From Eledone cirrhosa (taxonomy: Eukaryota), in NCBI GenBank assembly GCA_964016885.1, contig OZ024740.1:219170001-219234000 (forward strand): a stretch of 64,000 nucleotides of DNA, in the 5' to 3' direction. Of this stretch, positions 39,990 through 55,316 are shown piece by piece. A program made the position numbers and the translations under genes. Position 1 is the stretch's first letter; each line of letters begins with the position of its first letter. A model generated the notes under the pieces. It was not told the DNA's origin and made no database searches. It saw nothing but the letters and a program-made list of their open reading frames with translations.

Positions 39990-41166
39990 ACAGCTACCTA
40001 CTATTTTATTCAAACCATTATCACCTGATTCTGTTATTTCTCTATTTTCACTGTCTCTATCATTATAAGTGAACAAACTTTTTTTTTAATCAAATACAAT
40101 ATAATCATTATTGTTTTATAATGGACAATACGACTGCCAGCAATTTCATATAAAATACAAGAGTGCTAATAATAGTGTTGTGTAATGAATAAATAATACA
40201 TGCATGGTTGTATCTGTATGTTTAATGTTGCTGTAAAATTAGGTCCTGAGCATGAGCAGCAGAAAACTACTTATTAAAATGGAAACAAATATATGCCTTG
40301 GCATATTTAACATTTTCCCAACCTGTTGAAAAAGCTCTCACGGGATTTAGTTTCACAGTGAGACTAAATACATACAGATATGACTCTGTGTATCTATTTA
40401 TTTATTCATAACCACACACTAGTGGCACTCTGGTAATCAGTATCTGGCTGTCAGCTTTCTGCTTTCTACCATTATGTAAATGAGTTGTGCCTAGACACAT
40501 CATGCTTGTTTACATTCTAATAAGTTGGTCTTCTGCTATTTACACATGGCATCTTGGAAAGGAGTTGTGGATGCAGCATGGCTAAATCGATTAAAAGTTT
40601 AATTTGCAATCATGACATCTTGGACACACATAATTTACCATAGTCTCAGGCTAACCCATGTCTTAGCTATGAAACTGGGTAGACAGAAACTGTTTGGAAG
40701 CCCAATGAATTGAATTTACCTGTAATTCAAAGAGCTAGCCTAGAAACACAATGTGTCATGCTGAATCTCCCTGAGAATTACATTAAAGGTATACATGTCT
40801 ATGGAATACTCAACCACTTACATGTTAATTTTGTGAATAGGGATTCCATTGATTGAACAGCTGGAATACTCATCATCGAAACCAACAGAGGTTTATTCCT
40901 TGGCAATGGACTCTGTTGAGTTAAGTATCAATAAAACCAGACAGTTCAATCCCTACCCCAAGGTACCAAAAGAATGGACCCTCATGGGCTCCTAATTTTA
41001 CAGTGAGACCAAACATATATAAATATTACTTCTTGTTTGTCGGAGGTAGATCAAGAAAAACCTGGGCAGAGATGGTGAGAGCTGACCTCAAAATGCTGAG
41101 ACTCATGGAGGAGATGACGAAGGAACACAGCAACCCATGCTAGCTTAGAAAGGTGGATGTAAAAAC

Positions 41167-41201
<35 letters not shown>

Positions 41202-42017
41202 CGACGGTGGTCATGCTACCAATATTACTACCTTTTTCTCTTTTACATTTACTGGTTTCAGTCATTAGAGTGCAGTTATAGTGGAACACAAGCTTGAAGG
41301 GTTTAATACAGACATATATAACCTTTTTCAAGCAGTTTGCCATACAGAATGTGGCTCATCATAAGGTAGGCCACATTATTAAAAAAATTCAAGGCAATAT
41401 TGAAATTAGGCATGCCATTCAAAAAGCCAAATAGGCCGCACTTTTCCCATGACTGTTTTATTCAATCATATCACTCCAAGATAACTATCTAATTAGTCAA
41501 AGTCATGCATTTATTTCATCGATCTCTATTTATCAAACTGCTGACTTACAGGACACAAACGTCAATATCAGTTGTTAAGCAGTGTAGATGTAAACAGATA
41601 CTGACAAACAAACACACACACACATATGCATGCATGCACACAACCTTACACACATGCATACGCATTCACAAAAACACACACACACTTACATGCATACACA
41701 CATTCACACACACACATGCATGCATACACTCACACATGTACACACACACACACATACATAGACACTCACACATACATGCACACAGACACACATTCATGTA
41801 CACACACATGTGTGCACACATACACACACATATAAAGGGCTTCTGCATGGTTCCTATCAGCCAAATTTCACCCACATGCCATTAGTCAACCTGAGGCTAT
41901 CGTAAAAGACAGGCATTTCCTCAAGGTGCCTCACATTAAGACAGAACCCAAAACCATATGACTGTGAAGTGAACGTCTCACTCATTCACCCTTGCCTGCA
42001 CATATACTCCATATATA

Positions 42018-42118
42018 CAGGGTGTCCCCCAAAAATGTATACACACTTTGATTACCTGTACAGGCAATATTTATTAGAATGCTATTGAAGCGTGTATACA
42101 TATTTGGGGGATACCCTG
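42018..42118. mobile_element. Tc1/mariner-type MITE 1
   Basis: TIR cagggtgtcccccaaaaatgtatacac / gtgtatacatatttgggggataccctg; TA flanks. Confidence 0.8.
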
Positions 42119-42124
42119 TATATA

Positions 42125-42337
42125 CGAAAGATGGCTGAAAAGTTCATAAACTGAAAAATTCATAGGCTGACCCAGATACTCTCATGGAATTACCAAATGA
42201 TGTTTATTTTTCAACAGAGTCCCTAGAAAGAAACAAGGCAATTATTAATAAGAAGAGTTGAAATTAATGCGTGCAAGATTTCGGAGCCCTAGCATCACTC
42301 CTTCATAATGGCCTATGAACTTTTTAGCCCAATCTCG
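42125..42337. mobile_element. Mariner-type MITE 2
   Basis: TIR cgaaagatggctgaaaagttcata / tatgaactttttagcccaatctcg; TA flanks. Confidence 0.8.
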
Positions 42338-42343
42338 TATATA

Positions 42344-44706
42344 TCATCATCATCATCATCATCATCACCGTTTTACGTCCGTTCTTCCACGCTAGCATGG
42401 GTTGGACGGGTTGTCCTGTTGTGTGCAGTGTCTGGTCGGCTGACCATGCCTTGCTCATACAGGAACTGATCTGGCTTGATTTCTACAGCTGGATGCCCTT
42501 CCTAACACCAACCTCATTTACAGTGAGTGCTGGGTGCTTTTTCGTGGCGCCTACACGTCCACTTTACAGTGTGGGCTGGGTGCTTTTTTGCCGTGGCACC
42601 TCCACGACCACCTTGCGGTGGGGGGTGTGGGGGCATATTGTTTATATGCTTCAGCATGTACCCATGGGAGGTCGGGTACTCTGTATTACTGCGTGATGCC
42701 AGAAGTCACGGTCGTGTGTCATTGTCATTGAGAGGTGTAATTGGGTAAGGTCGGCTTTTATCACCTCATCCCAGGTCATCTTGGGTCTCCCCACTCCGCG
42801 GTTTCCATCAACTTCTAGTGCTCTGCACCTTTTTATTCAGCTGTCATCCTTCATACGCATCACATGTCCATACCAGCGCAACCGCCTCTCCTGCACACAG
42901 CATTTGATTCCTCTTATGCTCAGTCTCTCTCTCAATTCATTTATGCTTTGTCGTTCACGTATATTACTGTTACACATCCATCGGAGCATGCAGGCTTCGT
43001 TTCTCTCTAATCTACGTAAGTCTTCCACCTTCAGCGCCCAGGTTTCACTACCATGCAACATCGCTGTTCGGATACACGCATCATACAGTCTACCTTTCAT
43101 TCTGAGGGAGAAGCCTTTTGCAGCTAGCAGTGGTAGTAGTTCCCTAAACTTCTTCCATCCCGTTCTTACCCTAGTTATTGTACTTTCTGAACATCCACCT
43201 CCGTTGCTAATTCGGTCACCTAGGTAGCAGAAGCTGTCTACTGTTTCTACAGGGCCCTTAGTGGTACTTGTTTCCTGTGGCTGTTTGCTGCTTGCTGTTT
43301 CAGCACAGCTGCTGCATGTGAATCCTAAATTCTTAATTAAGCTTCCTGAGATCCTGCTACATCTCTTGTGTACCCATTGTTTGCATTTGGGGCAGAGAAT
43401 GGAGTTCCTACCTACACCTTTCCTACATACTGAGCAAGGCCATTTCCCTGAGGAGATCTGGATTCTGTTTTCTCGTCTACTTACAAGGACCTTAGTCTTT
43501 GTCATGTTGACTTTGAGACCCTTTCTTTCTAGTCCCTGCTTCCAGGTTTGGAATTTATTCTCTAGTTCTACCGTAGATTCAGCTATGAGTGCGAGGTCAT
43601 CAGCATACAGGAGTTCCCATGGGCATCCCGTCTTAAACTCCTCCGTTATTGCCTGCAGGACTATGATGAACAGAAGAGGGCTAAGAACAGAACCCTGGTG
43701 GACCCCAACCTGTACGCTAAATTCCTCGCTATACTCATTGCTAATCCTAACTTTGCTGACTGCTCCCCTATACATGGCTTGTACCGCTTTCACAAGCCAT
43801 TCATCTACTCCTAGTTTTCTAAGAGCCCACCAGATTACAACACGTGGAACTCTGTCAAAGGCTTTCTCAAGGTCGACAAATGCCAAGTAGAGTGGCTTAC
43901 TTTTAGCTAGGTACTTTTCCTGTAATTGCCTCACAAGGAAGAGGGCATCAGTGGTGCCTCTTCCTGGTACAAACCCAAATTGCATCTCGTCTATTTTCAC
44001 CCGGTCCCTAATCAGCTGTGTTATAACTCTTTCTGTTACTTTCATGACCTGGTCCATCAACTTTATACCTCTATAGTTTCCTCTATCTAGTGCATCGCCT
44101 TTACCTTTGTAGCAGTTGACAATGATGCTACTGCACCAATCTTTTGGTATGGCCCCTTCTAGTATTACCTGGTTAACGATACGTGTGGTTATAGTGTGAC
44201 CTACAGACCCAGATGCCTTCAGCATCTCGGCAGCTATACCCGATGGACCGGTTGCCTTCCCCATCTTCATATCTTTGATTGCCTTACTTACTACGCTGCT
44301 GCTGACTTGTACTGCTGGTCCCTCTATAGGGTCTACTTGGGGTAGGGTCTCTTCTTCCCATGCATTCTCCTCATTTAGTAATCTATCATAATGACTCTTC
44401 CATGCATCTTTCTTCTCAGCACTTGTGAGGGCAAGCTCACCTTTATCATTCCGGATACACTTCTCTCCAATGACATCACAACTATCTCTGACACACTGCC
44501 TCGCAATCTTGAATACCTCCTGTTTCTGGTCCCCACATTGTAAAACATGCTTGAATTTTCTATCCTCTGCTTCCCTCCTAGTTAAGTATACTTGTCGCCT
44601 AGCTTCCCTCTTGGTCTCTATGTAATGTACCCTGCTCCCCCCGTTCTTCCATTCTTTCCATGCCTGTCTCTTGGCCTTAACTGCTTCATCTACCTTATTG
44701 TTCCAA
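42344..44706 (-). mobile_element. 5'-truncated RTE LINE (RT ORF 42837-44270)
   Basis: NYRGIKL, FVDLEKAFD, GVHQGS and LLYADD motifs; (GAT)n tail. Confidence 0.95.
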
Positions 44707-44742
44707 TATATATGATATATATATGATATATATATATATATA

Positions 44743-45019
44743 TCATCATCATCATCATTTCATTTTACGTCCGCTTTTCCCTGCTTGCAAGGGTGGGACG
44801 GGAACTGTCTCTGGCTTGATTTCTACAGCTGGATGCCCTTCCTAACACCAACCTCATTTACAGTGAGTGCTGGGTGCTTTTTTGCCGTGGCATCTCCACG
44901 ACCACTTTGCAGTGGAATGATATGGACCCCAGTCCCTATCATCTCATTTCTACAGTTGAGTAAACTGGAGCAATGTGAAATAAAGTGTCTTGCTCAAGGA
45001 AACAACACATCACCCGGTT
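44743..45019 (-). mobile_element. 5'-truncated tRNA/CORE-like SINE
   Basis: Nearly identical to 11713-11990. Confidence 0.85.
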
Positions 45020-45034
45020 ATATATATATATATA

Positions 45035-45065
<31 letters not shown>

Positions 45066-45091
45066 GTGTATATATATATATATATATATGT

Positions 45092-45327
45092 AAGAATATT
45101 TTCGAAACAACGAGTGGGTTTGAAATTATTAGAAATGTAAACTATCGCTGTATTTTGACTAAAGAAATTAAAGAATTATCCGGATAACCAAAGATGTGTG
45201 TTCGACTGCCATGTACGTCAATACTCATCTTTTTCCATTTCTCCGAGGGTTCTTAACCCCACTATCAGGCTAAATAATTTCTTTAATTCCTTTAGTCAAA
45301 ATACGGCGATAGCTTACATTTCTAATA

Positions 45328-45333
<6 letters not shown>
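45092..45333. mobile_element. Short element with inverted arm in (AT)n
   Basis: 45120-45179 is inverted at 45275-45333. Confidence 0.6.
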
Positions 45334-45417
<84 letters not shown>

Positions 45418-45424
<7 letters not shown>

Positions 45425-45959
45425 CGTAAAATAAGAAAATTTCTTTAAAAAAATTTTTTTTTTTAAATTAGCTTACTTACTTAAATTTTCACTCCAACTA
45501 ATTAGTTTCTGCAATGGGATAAAGACAGTTACGTAATGAACTGTTGAGAATTTCATTGCGTCATCAGGGAGGTCATTCTCAGCCGAGTCTCCAGGCAATG
45601 CGCGGACACTGGGGACTCATATAAAAATAATAATAATTCGGTAACTGGAACAGCTATCGAGGACTGGATTCCAGCCACCGAAAATTCTCACTGCCACTGA
45701 TCATATGGCCGATTCTAAAGAATCAATCACGTGACACAGAGGCTAGTCAGTAGGAATGGGATGGTAAGATGACAGACGCCTACTAACACCCCCCCAAAAA
45801 ATTAAAAAAAAAAAATTTTTTTTAAGAAATTTTCTTATTTTACGTCTTTTATATTATTGTTCTGCATTCTCCTGCATTGAACCACCTAGGTACTATGACA
45901 TAACCTGTGTATTTGCTGGCATTAGCGTACATCTGTGCGCTTATGTTAGTAGATATATT

Positions 45960-45965
<6 letters not shown>
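45418..45965 (-). mobile_element. Retrozyme family A, diverged copy with HHR at 45492-45571 and inverted arm
   Basis: Collinear with 741-1100 and 1421-1595; ctcc-CTGATGA-cgcaatg...cattgca-GAAAC-taatta-GTT-ggag. Confidence 0.8.
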
Positions 45966-46002
<37 letters not shown>

Positions 46003-46235
46003 TCATCATCATCATCATCAACGTTTAACGTCCGTGTTCCACGCTTGCATGGGTTTGGACGTTTTCCTACTTGAGGCAAGAGTGATTATCTTGCTCGCAT
46101 AGGACTATCTGGCGGGTTTTCTACAGCTGGATGCCCTTCCTAACACCAACCACATTTACAGTGTGGGGCTGGGGGGTTTTTACCGTGGTGCCTACACGGC
46201 CACATTACAGCGTGGACTATATATATATATATATA

Positions 46236-46508
46236 CGAGAGTAGGCTAAAAAGTTCATAGGCTGACTATGAAGAAGTGATGCTAGAGCTCCGAAATCTTG
46301 CATGCATTAATTTCAACTCTTCTTATTAATAATTGCCTTGTTTCTTTCTAGGGACTATGTTGAAAAATAAACCTCATTTGGTAATTCCATGAGAGTATCT
46401 GGGTCAGCCTATGATTTTTTCAGTTTATGAACTTTTCAGCCAACTTTCGTATATACAGGGTATCCCCCAAAAATGTATACACGCTTCAATAGCATTCTAA
46501 TAAATATT
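46236..46508. mobile_element. MITE 2 plus partial MITE 1, inverted relative to 42018-42337
   Basis: Reverse-complement match; partial copies at ~50203-50432 and ~55088-55316. Confidence 0.8.
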
Positions 46509-46989
46509 TTGGCTTAGATGGTTAATGCCTTCTTGACCACTTTTTCAGTTTGTATGTAGTTTTAACATATTGTTTAGCTCTGGTTTTTAACTATGGAGCG
46601 CTTACCAGCATAACTCTGATTTTTGTGGTTCGTTTTGCTTTTTCTACCCGCCGAAATGCGCTTCTCCCTGAATTTATATGGTCGTAAAATGAAATGATGA
46701 AAATGAAATTATATATATATACATATATATAAAGAGAGAGCGGGGGGGGGGGGGTTATTAACACTTTTGTTACCATATTTCTTATGAAATATACTGTTAA
46801 ATTTTGAAAATGGCCAAACATTTGGAGGAATTTAATAAAATAACTTATTGTTTAATGAAAAGGCTCATGTTTAGAACATTACATAAGAGAAATTACTAGA
46901 ATAAAAAATGATGAAAAGATTTTATATAATAAAAATATTTTTAAATGAGCAGTTTTTATGTATGTATGTATATATATATATGTATGTAT

Positions 46990-47315
46990 ATTTGGTAAAT
47001 TCTTTTTGGTAAATATCATCTTGGTTAAGAGAGTGGGACTGGCTTTGTGCAATGCCTTTGCTCACTATAAAAGCTTCACGGCACAGGCATTGCTTTATAT
47101 CTGGAGATCTCTCTGCACTTGTCGTCACATGGTACCATGGGCCCAGCACTATGTGTCAATAATTGTCACAAGTGTAGTGTTTGTACCAGAGTTTTCAAGT
47201 CGCTGGCTGGACTAAAAAGTCACACTTGTTCAGCGCATCGGTAGGGGTTCTCCTACATGGATATAAAGTAGTGGCCGTACTCGAAAACGAGTTGGCAGCC
47301 ACTATATGTATGTAT
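46990..47315 (+). mobile_element. 3' end of a different RTE-type LINE with C-terminal C2H2-like finger
   Basis: IWRSL...CSVCTRVFKSLAGLKSH; (TATG)n tail; absent from duplication units 2 and 3. Confidence 0.7.
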
Positions 47316-47599
47316 ACAAGTTTAAAAGATATATATATAGAGAGAGAGAGTAGAGAAAGAGGCATATAACTTTTGAAAAAAACATAGCATTTTATACAGA
47401 TATATAGAACAAACAATATGTAGGAAAATATACATACTTTAAGTTTGAAATAATTTTATCAATAAAATTATTTCCACCTTAACGTTTGCATATTTTCCAG
47501 CATATTGTTTGCTCTATATATGTGTACTAAATGTTATGTATTTCTCAAAAGATATATGCCTCTTTCATCTCTCTCTATATATATGTCTTTTAAACTTGT
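47316..47599. mobile_element. ~285-bp fold-back (palindromic) element
   Basis: Long imperfect inverted repeat acaagtttaaaaga...tcttttaaacttgt; copies at 52223-52505 and 59443-59725. Confidence 0.7.
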
Positions 47600-47855
47600 T
47601 TAATTGATGCTTTGAACTGAGCTTTTTTATTGAGAAACAGGATTGTTACATATTTAATATGTATCGATACCTTAACAAGATATATGTATGTGTGTGAATA
47701 TTTATATATGAGATGACGAGGCAGTGTAGCGGCACGCTACTTTGTTTGTCTCTGGTTCAAAATCATAAATGCACAATTTTTTCTTCTTTGATTTTTTCTT
47801 TGCTTTCTTTGCTTGTTTACCATCATTCTGTTTGTTTACCTCTATTACGCAATTT

Positions 47856-47892
47856 ACACCTGAAGATGTCACCACTGAAATGTGCATTGTGT
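47856..47892 (+). ncRNA. Minimal hammerhead motif, family H (copies at 52762-52798 and 59982-60018)
   Basis: acac-CTGAAGA-tgt cacc act-GAAA-tgtgc-ATT-gtgt. Confidence 0.7.
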
Positions 47893-48262
47893 TTGCATAA
47901 ATAAATAATTAAGGAATTTCAACATATTTGGCCTCATTTCACTTTATAAAATATATATATATATATGTATAAATATATACATATATAGGAAAATGTGTGT
48001 AATCCTTGGTACAGTTAGGTATATTAAGACAGGGGGGAAGAAAAAATGGTTTCACTTGTGCTTTCAACAAATTTATTTTCTTCACAAAATCCAAAAAGAA
48101 TATTTTATAAATTAAGTTGTTGGTTGTTGGTTAGGTCTTAGGAGTTCTTGGTTAACATAGGAGGTATTGTTTCGTGTTTAGAAAGACCTTTCACGCTGAG
48201 GTGCGCTTGTCAAACTGATGTGTATGTGGTGTGTTGTTCTATGTATATATGTATATATATAC

Positions 48263-48399
<137 letters not shown>

Positions 48400-48604
48400 A
48401 TATGTATATATATATAGTAATAATAATAAATTTGAAGACTAAAATCCAAAGAGGGCTCGATAAGGATAAATATATATCAAATATATAAGAACCGTAGAGC
48501 AAATATTTATTAAAATAACAGATTGACTTTGTTAGTTTCAGAATATCCCGTTAAGGGTGAAAGTAGCGATTCTTTGCTTAAACTTTAATCTGTTATTTTA
48601 ATTA

Positions 48605-48642
<38 letters not shown>

Positions 48643-50126
48643 TTCGTTTCTGAGAACAGTCAGGAACTAGAGAAAAACACAATGGAAAGCATCCAGCAAA
48701 TAGCAAACTCCATCCACCAGAGCATTAGAGTTACTATAGACTACCCAAGTAAACACCCCAACCATCGATTACCTGTACTAGACACAGAGCTCTGGTTAGA
48801 TACCATTAACAACAAAAAAAAAATCCTCCATTACCATTATGCCAAACCCATGACTTCCAAACATCTGATCCACCGAAACTCGGCCATTTCGGACCATACC
48901 AAAATCAACATACTGATTGCGGATTTGGTACGGGTGATGAGAAATGTGTCCCGCACGTGCACCCCCGAAGAACTAGAGAGACACATACAACACTTCATCC
49001 ACCGTATGCAGTTCTCTGGCTACAATCAGAGAGATAAAATCAGAGTGTATAGAGGAGCCAGAACCAAATGGGAAAAAATGGTAAATAATGACATAAATGG
49101 GACCTGCCCTTGTATAGGAGCAAATTCTGGAATAGAATAGAAAGAACTAGGAACAAGGCTAATAGAATAAACTCATGGTATGATAGCAATAAATACCAGA
49201 GTGTAATGTTCATCGATACAACCCCTAGAGGTGAATTAGCTTATAAATTTAGAAGGGCCCTAAATAAACATAAACCCAATATTAAGATAGTAGAAAGACC
49301 AGGTACCTCCGTAAAAACACTTATTAGCAAGACATACCCTTTTCAAAGACCCTCATGTATAGATAAGAAATGTATAACCTGTAAAATAAGCCCCCATATT
49401 AACTGTAAAACTAGAAATGTAGTGTATAGCATAAGATGTACTGAAGGACAATGTAGAGACAAAAATATAGTGTACATAGGTGAGACAGCTCGTAGTGTAG
49501 GGGAACGGATAAATGAACACTGACGAGACCTTCAAGATAATAAAGAATCATCTGTACTCTACCAACATGCTAAAATAGAACACAAGAGTAAATTAGAGAA
49601 CATAGAAATAAAAATAGAATCTACACACAGAAAAGACGCAATGTTTAGACAAATTACAGAGCCAATAAACATAAAAGAATTACAACCAAAATTAAATAGA
49701 AAATATGAGTGGAACAGCAACATCACAACTTACAATTAAGGACAAAATGAAAACACACACACACATAGAACAAACAACCAACCAGTAACATGTAAATAAA
49801 CAAATAAATAAATGAACATAAACACACACAGACACCCGGATGTGGCGCATGCGCAGACTGAGCACACAACACACACACAGAAACAAAATGGCGTAGGACA
49901 GAACAAAGGAGAGGTACAGAAACAAAGAAAGGAATCCCCAGTCACTGAAGAGGTCACAGAGTGTGTGACGAAAGAACTATGACTATATATAAACAACTAT
50001 CTGGTTGTGGAACCAACCAACCAACCAGAAATTTATAAATTTGTAAATTTATAAATATATAATAAATTGAAGTGAAAGCAACTGGTGCGTGTGTTTCTTA
50101 TTGGCAACATGACCCTCCTAAAGTAT

Positions 50127-50132
<6 letters not shown>
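48643..50132 (+). mobile_element. 5'-truncated Penelope-like element, family E (RT thumb + GIY-YIG + pLTR; HHR at 49940-49984)
   Basis: LPVLDTEL and NVVYSIRC...C.....YIGETARSVGERINEH motifs; frameshift at ~49110, stop at 49523. Confidence 0.88.
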
Positions 50133-50199
<67 letters not shown>

Positions 50200-50431
50200 A
50201 TTAAATTCAACTCTTCTTATTAATAATTGCCTTGTTTCTTTCTAGGGACTATGTTGAAAAATAAACCTCATTTGGTAATTCCATGAGAGTATCTGGGTCA
50301 GCCTATGATTTTTTCAGTTTATGAACTTTTCAGCCAACTTTCGTATATACAGGGTATCCCCCAAAAATGTATACACACTTCAACAGCATTCTAATAAATA
50401 TTGCCTGTACAGGTAATCAGAGTGTGTATAC

Positions 50432-50479
<48 letters not shown>

Positions 50480-51909
50480 GAATAATCGAGTATCGGAAAA
50501 TCAGCTCACGGATTAACGATAAACAAATCCGACATGAGTGGCAGAGGGCTCAATAATTCAGATAAATCAGAGCTATAACTATCGTTAAAATACCAACACA
50601 CAAAGATTATGCCTAAAATCACCCATGCAGCCGTAAAAGAACGACCAGGAAGATTCGGGTCACTCAAATAAAATATCAATAAATCAATAATTTATATGAA
50701 TGTAAAAAACTTACCCGGACCCACTAGAAAGGTGGTAAATCTAGCTTCTTGGGTTTCTGCAATTCCTTAATCCGTTCTCTATCAGCCCACATAAAAATAT
50801 ATAAGACTTCTAGCGAACGAATGGACCGGAAAAACTTTATCAACGGGTTACATCCAACAAATAAAGAAGTTACCTTTAGCTAGAACGCACATGGAGTCCA
50901 GCAAGGGAGATAACCTCTATATTCTCGAAAAATTATCGGTAATGTGGAAAACACATATCGAATCAGAGTGCTTGATAGACATGTTAAAATAAACAGGAGC
51001 TATTCATCATTCAATAGAATCGACAAAAAAATGAACAATAAAATTAACTGGTCAATAGCTATGTCTAGAGCTAAATATAATAGAATAATCGAGTATCGGA
51101 AAATCAGCTCACGAATTAACGATAAACAAATCCGACATGAGTGGCAGAGGGCTCAATAATTCAGATAAATCAGAGCTATAACTATCGTTAAAATACCAAC
51201 ACACAAAGATTATGCCTATGGGGCGCTTACCAGCATAACTCTGATTTTTGCGGTTCGTTTCGCTTTTTATACCCACCAAAATGCGATTCTCGCTGAATTT
51301 ATATTTGTATTAATCTCCCGAGTTTTACAATTAATCTGTTAATAATTCTATTGACAGATTAATTGCATAAGTTTATTTTTAAAACTAACCGGTTGAGTGC
51401 TTATTCGATTTGTGCTATTTATGCAATTTTTTGCATGATATACACATACTGAATACATTTGCACAAATCTGGAGTTTTGCTTTTACAAAGCTCTACATCA
51501 TTCACAAACTTGGTACAGAGAAAAATACCTGTTGATAATGTGATATTCATTGTTCGATCATTATACCAAAAGCTTATAGTTTTAAGCAGACAGTATTATT
51601 GATTTAGGTGTCATAGAAACCCTGCATTTGGATTTTACCATCAATTCCAATGGGTCCAGGTCTGTTTTTATCATTTATTTTGTTTGACCTGTTTAGCTTG
51701 ATTTACTTTTTGGCTTAGATGGTTAATGCCTTCTTGACCACTTTTTCAGTTTGTATGTAGTTTTAACATATTGTTTAGCTCTGGTTTTTAACTATGGAGC
51801 GCTTACCAGCATAACTCTGATTTTTGTGGTTCGTTTCGCTTTTTCTACCCGACGAAATGCGCTTCTCGCTGAATTTATATGGTCATAAAATGAAATGATG
51901 AAAATGAAA

Positions 51910-51949
<40 letters not shown>

Positions 51950-52856
51950 ATATATAAAGAGAGCGCAAGGGGGGGGGGGGGGGGGGTATTAACACTTTTG
52001 TTACCATATTTCTTATGAAATATACTGTTTAATTTTGAAAATGGCCAAACATTTGGAGGAATTTAATAAAATAATTTATTGTTTAATGAAAAGGCTCATG
52101 TTTAGAACATTACATAAGAGAAATTACTAGAATAAAAAAGAAATATGATGAAAAGATTTTATATAATAAAAATATTTTTAAATGAGCAGTTTTTATGTAT
52201 GTATATATATATATATATATATACAAGTTTAAAAGATATATATAGAGAGAGAGAGAGTAGAGAAAGAGGCATATATCTTTTGAAAAAACATAGCATTTTG
52301 TACAGATATATAGAACAAACAATATGTAGGAAAATATACATACTTTAAGTTTGAAATAATTTTATCAATAAAATTATTTCCACCTTAACGTTTGCATATT
52401 TTCCAGCATATTGTTTGCTCTATATATGTGTACTAAATGTTATGTATTTCTCAAAAGATATATGCCTCTTTCTCCTCTCTCTATATATATGTCTTTTAAA
52501 CTTGTTTAATTGATGCTTTGAACTGAGCTTTTTTATTGAGAAACAGGATTGTTACATATTTAATATGTATCGATACCTTAACAAGATATATGTATGTGTG
52601 TGAATATTTATATATGAGATGACGAGGCAGTGTAGCGGCACGCTACTTTGTTTGTCTCTGGTTCAAAATCATAAATGCACAATTTTTTCTTCTTTGATTT
52701 TTTTTTTGCTTTCTTTGCTTGTTTACCATCATTCTGTTTGTTTACCTCTATTACGCAATTTACACCTGAAGATGTCACCACTGAAATGTGCATTGTGTTT
52801 GCATAAATAAATAATTAAGGAAATTCAACATATTTGGCCTCATTTCACTTTATAAA

Positions 52857-52887
<31 letters not shown>

Positions 52888-53174
52888 CATATATTGGAAA
52901 ATGTGTGTAATCCTTGGTACAGTTAGGTATATTAAGACAGGGGGGAAGAAAAAATGGCTTCACTTGTGCTTTCAACAAATTTATTTTCTTCACAAAATCC
53001 AAAAAGAATATTTTATAAATTAAGTTGTTGGTTGTTGGTTAGGTCTTAGGAGTTCTTGGTTAACATAGGAGGTATTGTTTCGTGTTTAGAAAGACCTTTC
53101 ACGCTGAGGTGCGCTTGTCAAACTGATGTGTATGTGGTGTGTTGTTCTATGTATATATGTATATATATATATAC

Positions 53175-53280
<106 letters not shown>

Positions 53281-53487
53281 ATATATATATATATATATAG
53301 TAATAATAATAAATTTGAAGACTAAAATCCAAAGAGGGCTCGATAAGGATAAATATATATCAAATATATAAGAACTGTAGAGCAAATATTTATTAAAATA
53401 ACAGATTAACTTTGTTAGTTTCAGAATATCCCGTTAAGGGTGAAAGCAGCGATTCTTTGCTTAAACTTTAATCTGTTATTTTAATTA

Positions 53488-53526
<39 letters not shown>

Positions 53527-55011
53527 TTTCGTTTCTGAGAACAGTCAGGAACTAGAGAAAAACACAATGGAAAGCATCCAGCAAATAGCAAACTCCATCC
53601 ACCAGAGCATTAGAGTTACTATAGACTACCCAAGTAAACACCCCAACCATCGATTACCTGTACTAGACACAGAGCTCTGGTTAGATACCATTAACAACAA
53701 AAAAAAAATCCTCCATTACCATTATGCCAAACCCATGACTTCCAAACATCTGATCCACCGAAACTCGGCCATTTCGGACCATACCAAAATCAACATACTG
53801 ATTGCGGATTTGGTACGGGTGATGAGAAATGTGTCCCGCACGTGCACCCCCGAAGAACTAGAGAGACACATACAACACTTCATCCACCGTATGCAGTTCT
53901 CTGGCTACAATCAGAGAGATAAAATCAGAGTGTATAGAGGAGCCAGAACCAAATGGGAAAAAATGGTAAATAATGACATAAATGGGACCTGCCCTTGTAT
54001 AGGAGCAAATTCTGGAATAGAATAGAAAGAACTAGGAACAAGGCTAATAGAATAAACTCATGGTATGATAGCAATAAATACCAGAGTGTAATGTTCATCG
54101 ATACAACCCCTAGAGGTGAATTAGCTTATAAATTTAGAAGGGCCCTAAATAAACATAAACCCAATATTAAGATAGTAGAAAGACCAGGTACCTCCGTAAA
54201 AACACTTATTAGCAAGACATACCCTTTTCAAAGACCCTCATGTATAGATAAGAAATGTATAACCTGTAAAATAAGCCCCCATATTAACTGTAAAACTAGA
54301 AATGTAGTGTATAGCATAAGATGTACTGAAGGACAATGTAGAGACAAAAATATAGTGTACATAGGTGAGACAGCTCGTAGTGTAGGGGAACGGATAAATG
54401 AACACTGACGAGACCTTCAAGATAATAAAGAATCATCTGTACTCTACCAACATGCTAAAATAGAACACAAGAGTAAATTAGAGAACATAGAAATAAAAAT
54501 AGAATCTACACACAGAAAAGACGCAATGTTTAGACAAATTACAGAGCCAATAAACATAAAAGAATTACAACCAAAATTAAATAGAAAATATGAGTGGAAC
54601 AGCAACATCACAACTTACAATTAAGGACAAAATGAAAACACACACACACATAGAACAAACAACCAACCAGTAACATGTAAATAAACAAATAAATAAATGA
54701 ACATAAACACACACAGACACCCGGATGTGGCGCATGCGCAGACTGAGCACACAACACACACACAGAAACAAAATGGCGTAGGACAGAACAAAGGAGAGGT
54801 ACAGAAACAAAGAAAGGAATCCCCAGTCACTGAAGAGGTCACAGAGTGTGTGACGAAAGAACTATGACTATATATAAACAACTATCTGGTTGTGGAACCA
54901 ACCAACCAACCAGAAATTTATAAATTTGTAAATTTATAAATATATAATAAATTGAAGTGAAAGCAACTGGTGCGTGTGTTTCTTATTGGCAACATGACCC
55001 TCCTAAAGTAT

Positions 55012-55017
<6 letters not shown>
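53527..55017 (+). mobile_element. Duplicated copy of the family-E Penelope fragment (HHR at 54825-54869)
   Basis: Identical ORFs and lesions to 48643-50132. Confidence 0.88.
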
Positions 55018-55086
<69 letters not shown>

Positions 55087-55316
55087 ATTAAATTCAACTC
55101 TTCTTATTAATAATTGCCTTGTTTCTTTCTAGGGACTATGTTGAAAAATAAACCTCATTTGGTAATTCCATGAGAGTATCTGGGTCAGCCTATGATTTTT
55201 TCAGTTTATGAACTTTTCAGCCAACTTTCGTATATACAGGGTATCCCCCAAAAATGTATACACACTTCAACAGCATTCTAATAAATATTGCCTGTACAGG
55301 TAATCAGAGTGTGTAT

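Noticed and set aside
43261-43890. 209-aa ORF and similar ORFs at 56123-56752, 18573-19094 and 62897-63331
   Set aside because: Antisense shadows of RTE ORFs
45235-45272. CTGATAG-hairpin-GAAA motif on the minus strand
   Set aside because: Core is non-canonical, with no closing stem I/III and a single copy
55254-55316. Novel N-terminus on the 704-aa RT ORF
   Set aside because: Fortuitous in-frame ATG from the adjacent MITE; the endonuclease domain is missing and there is no evidence of domestication
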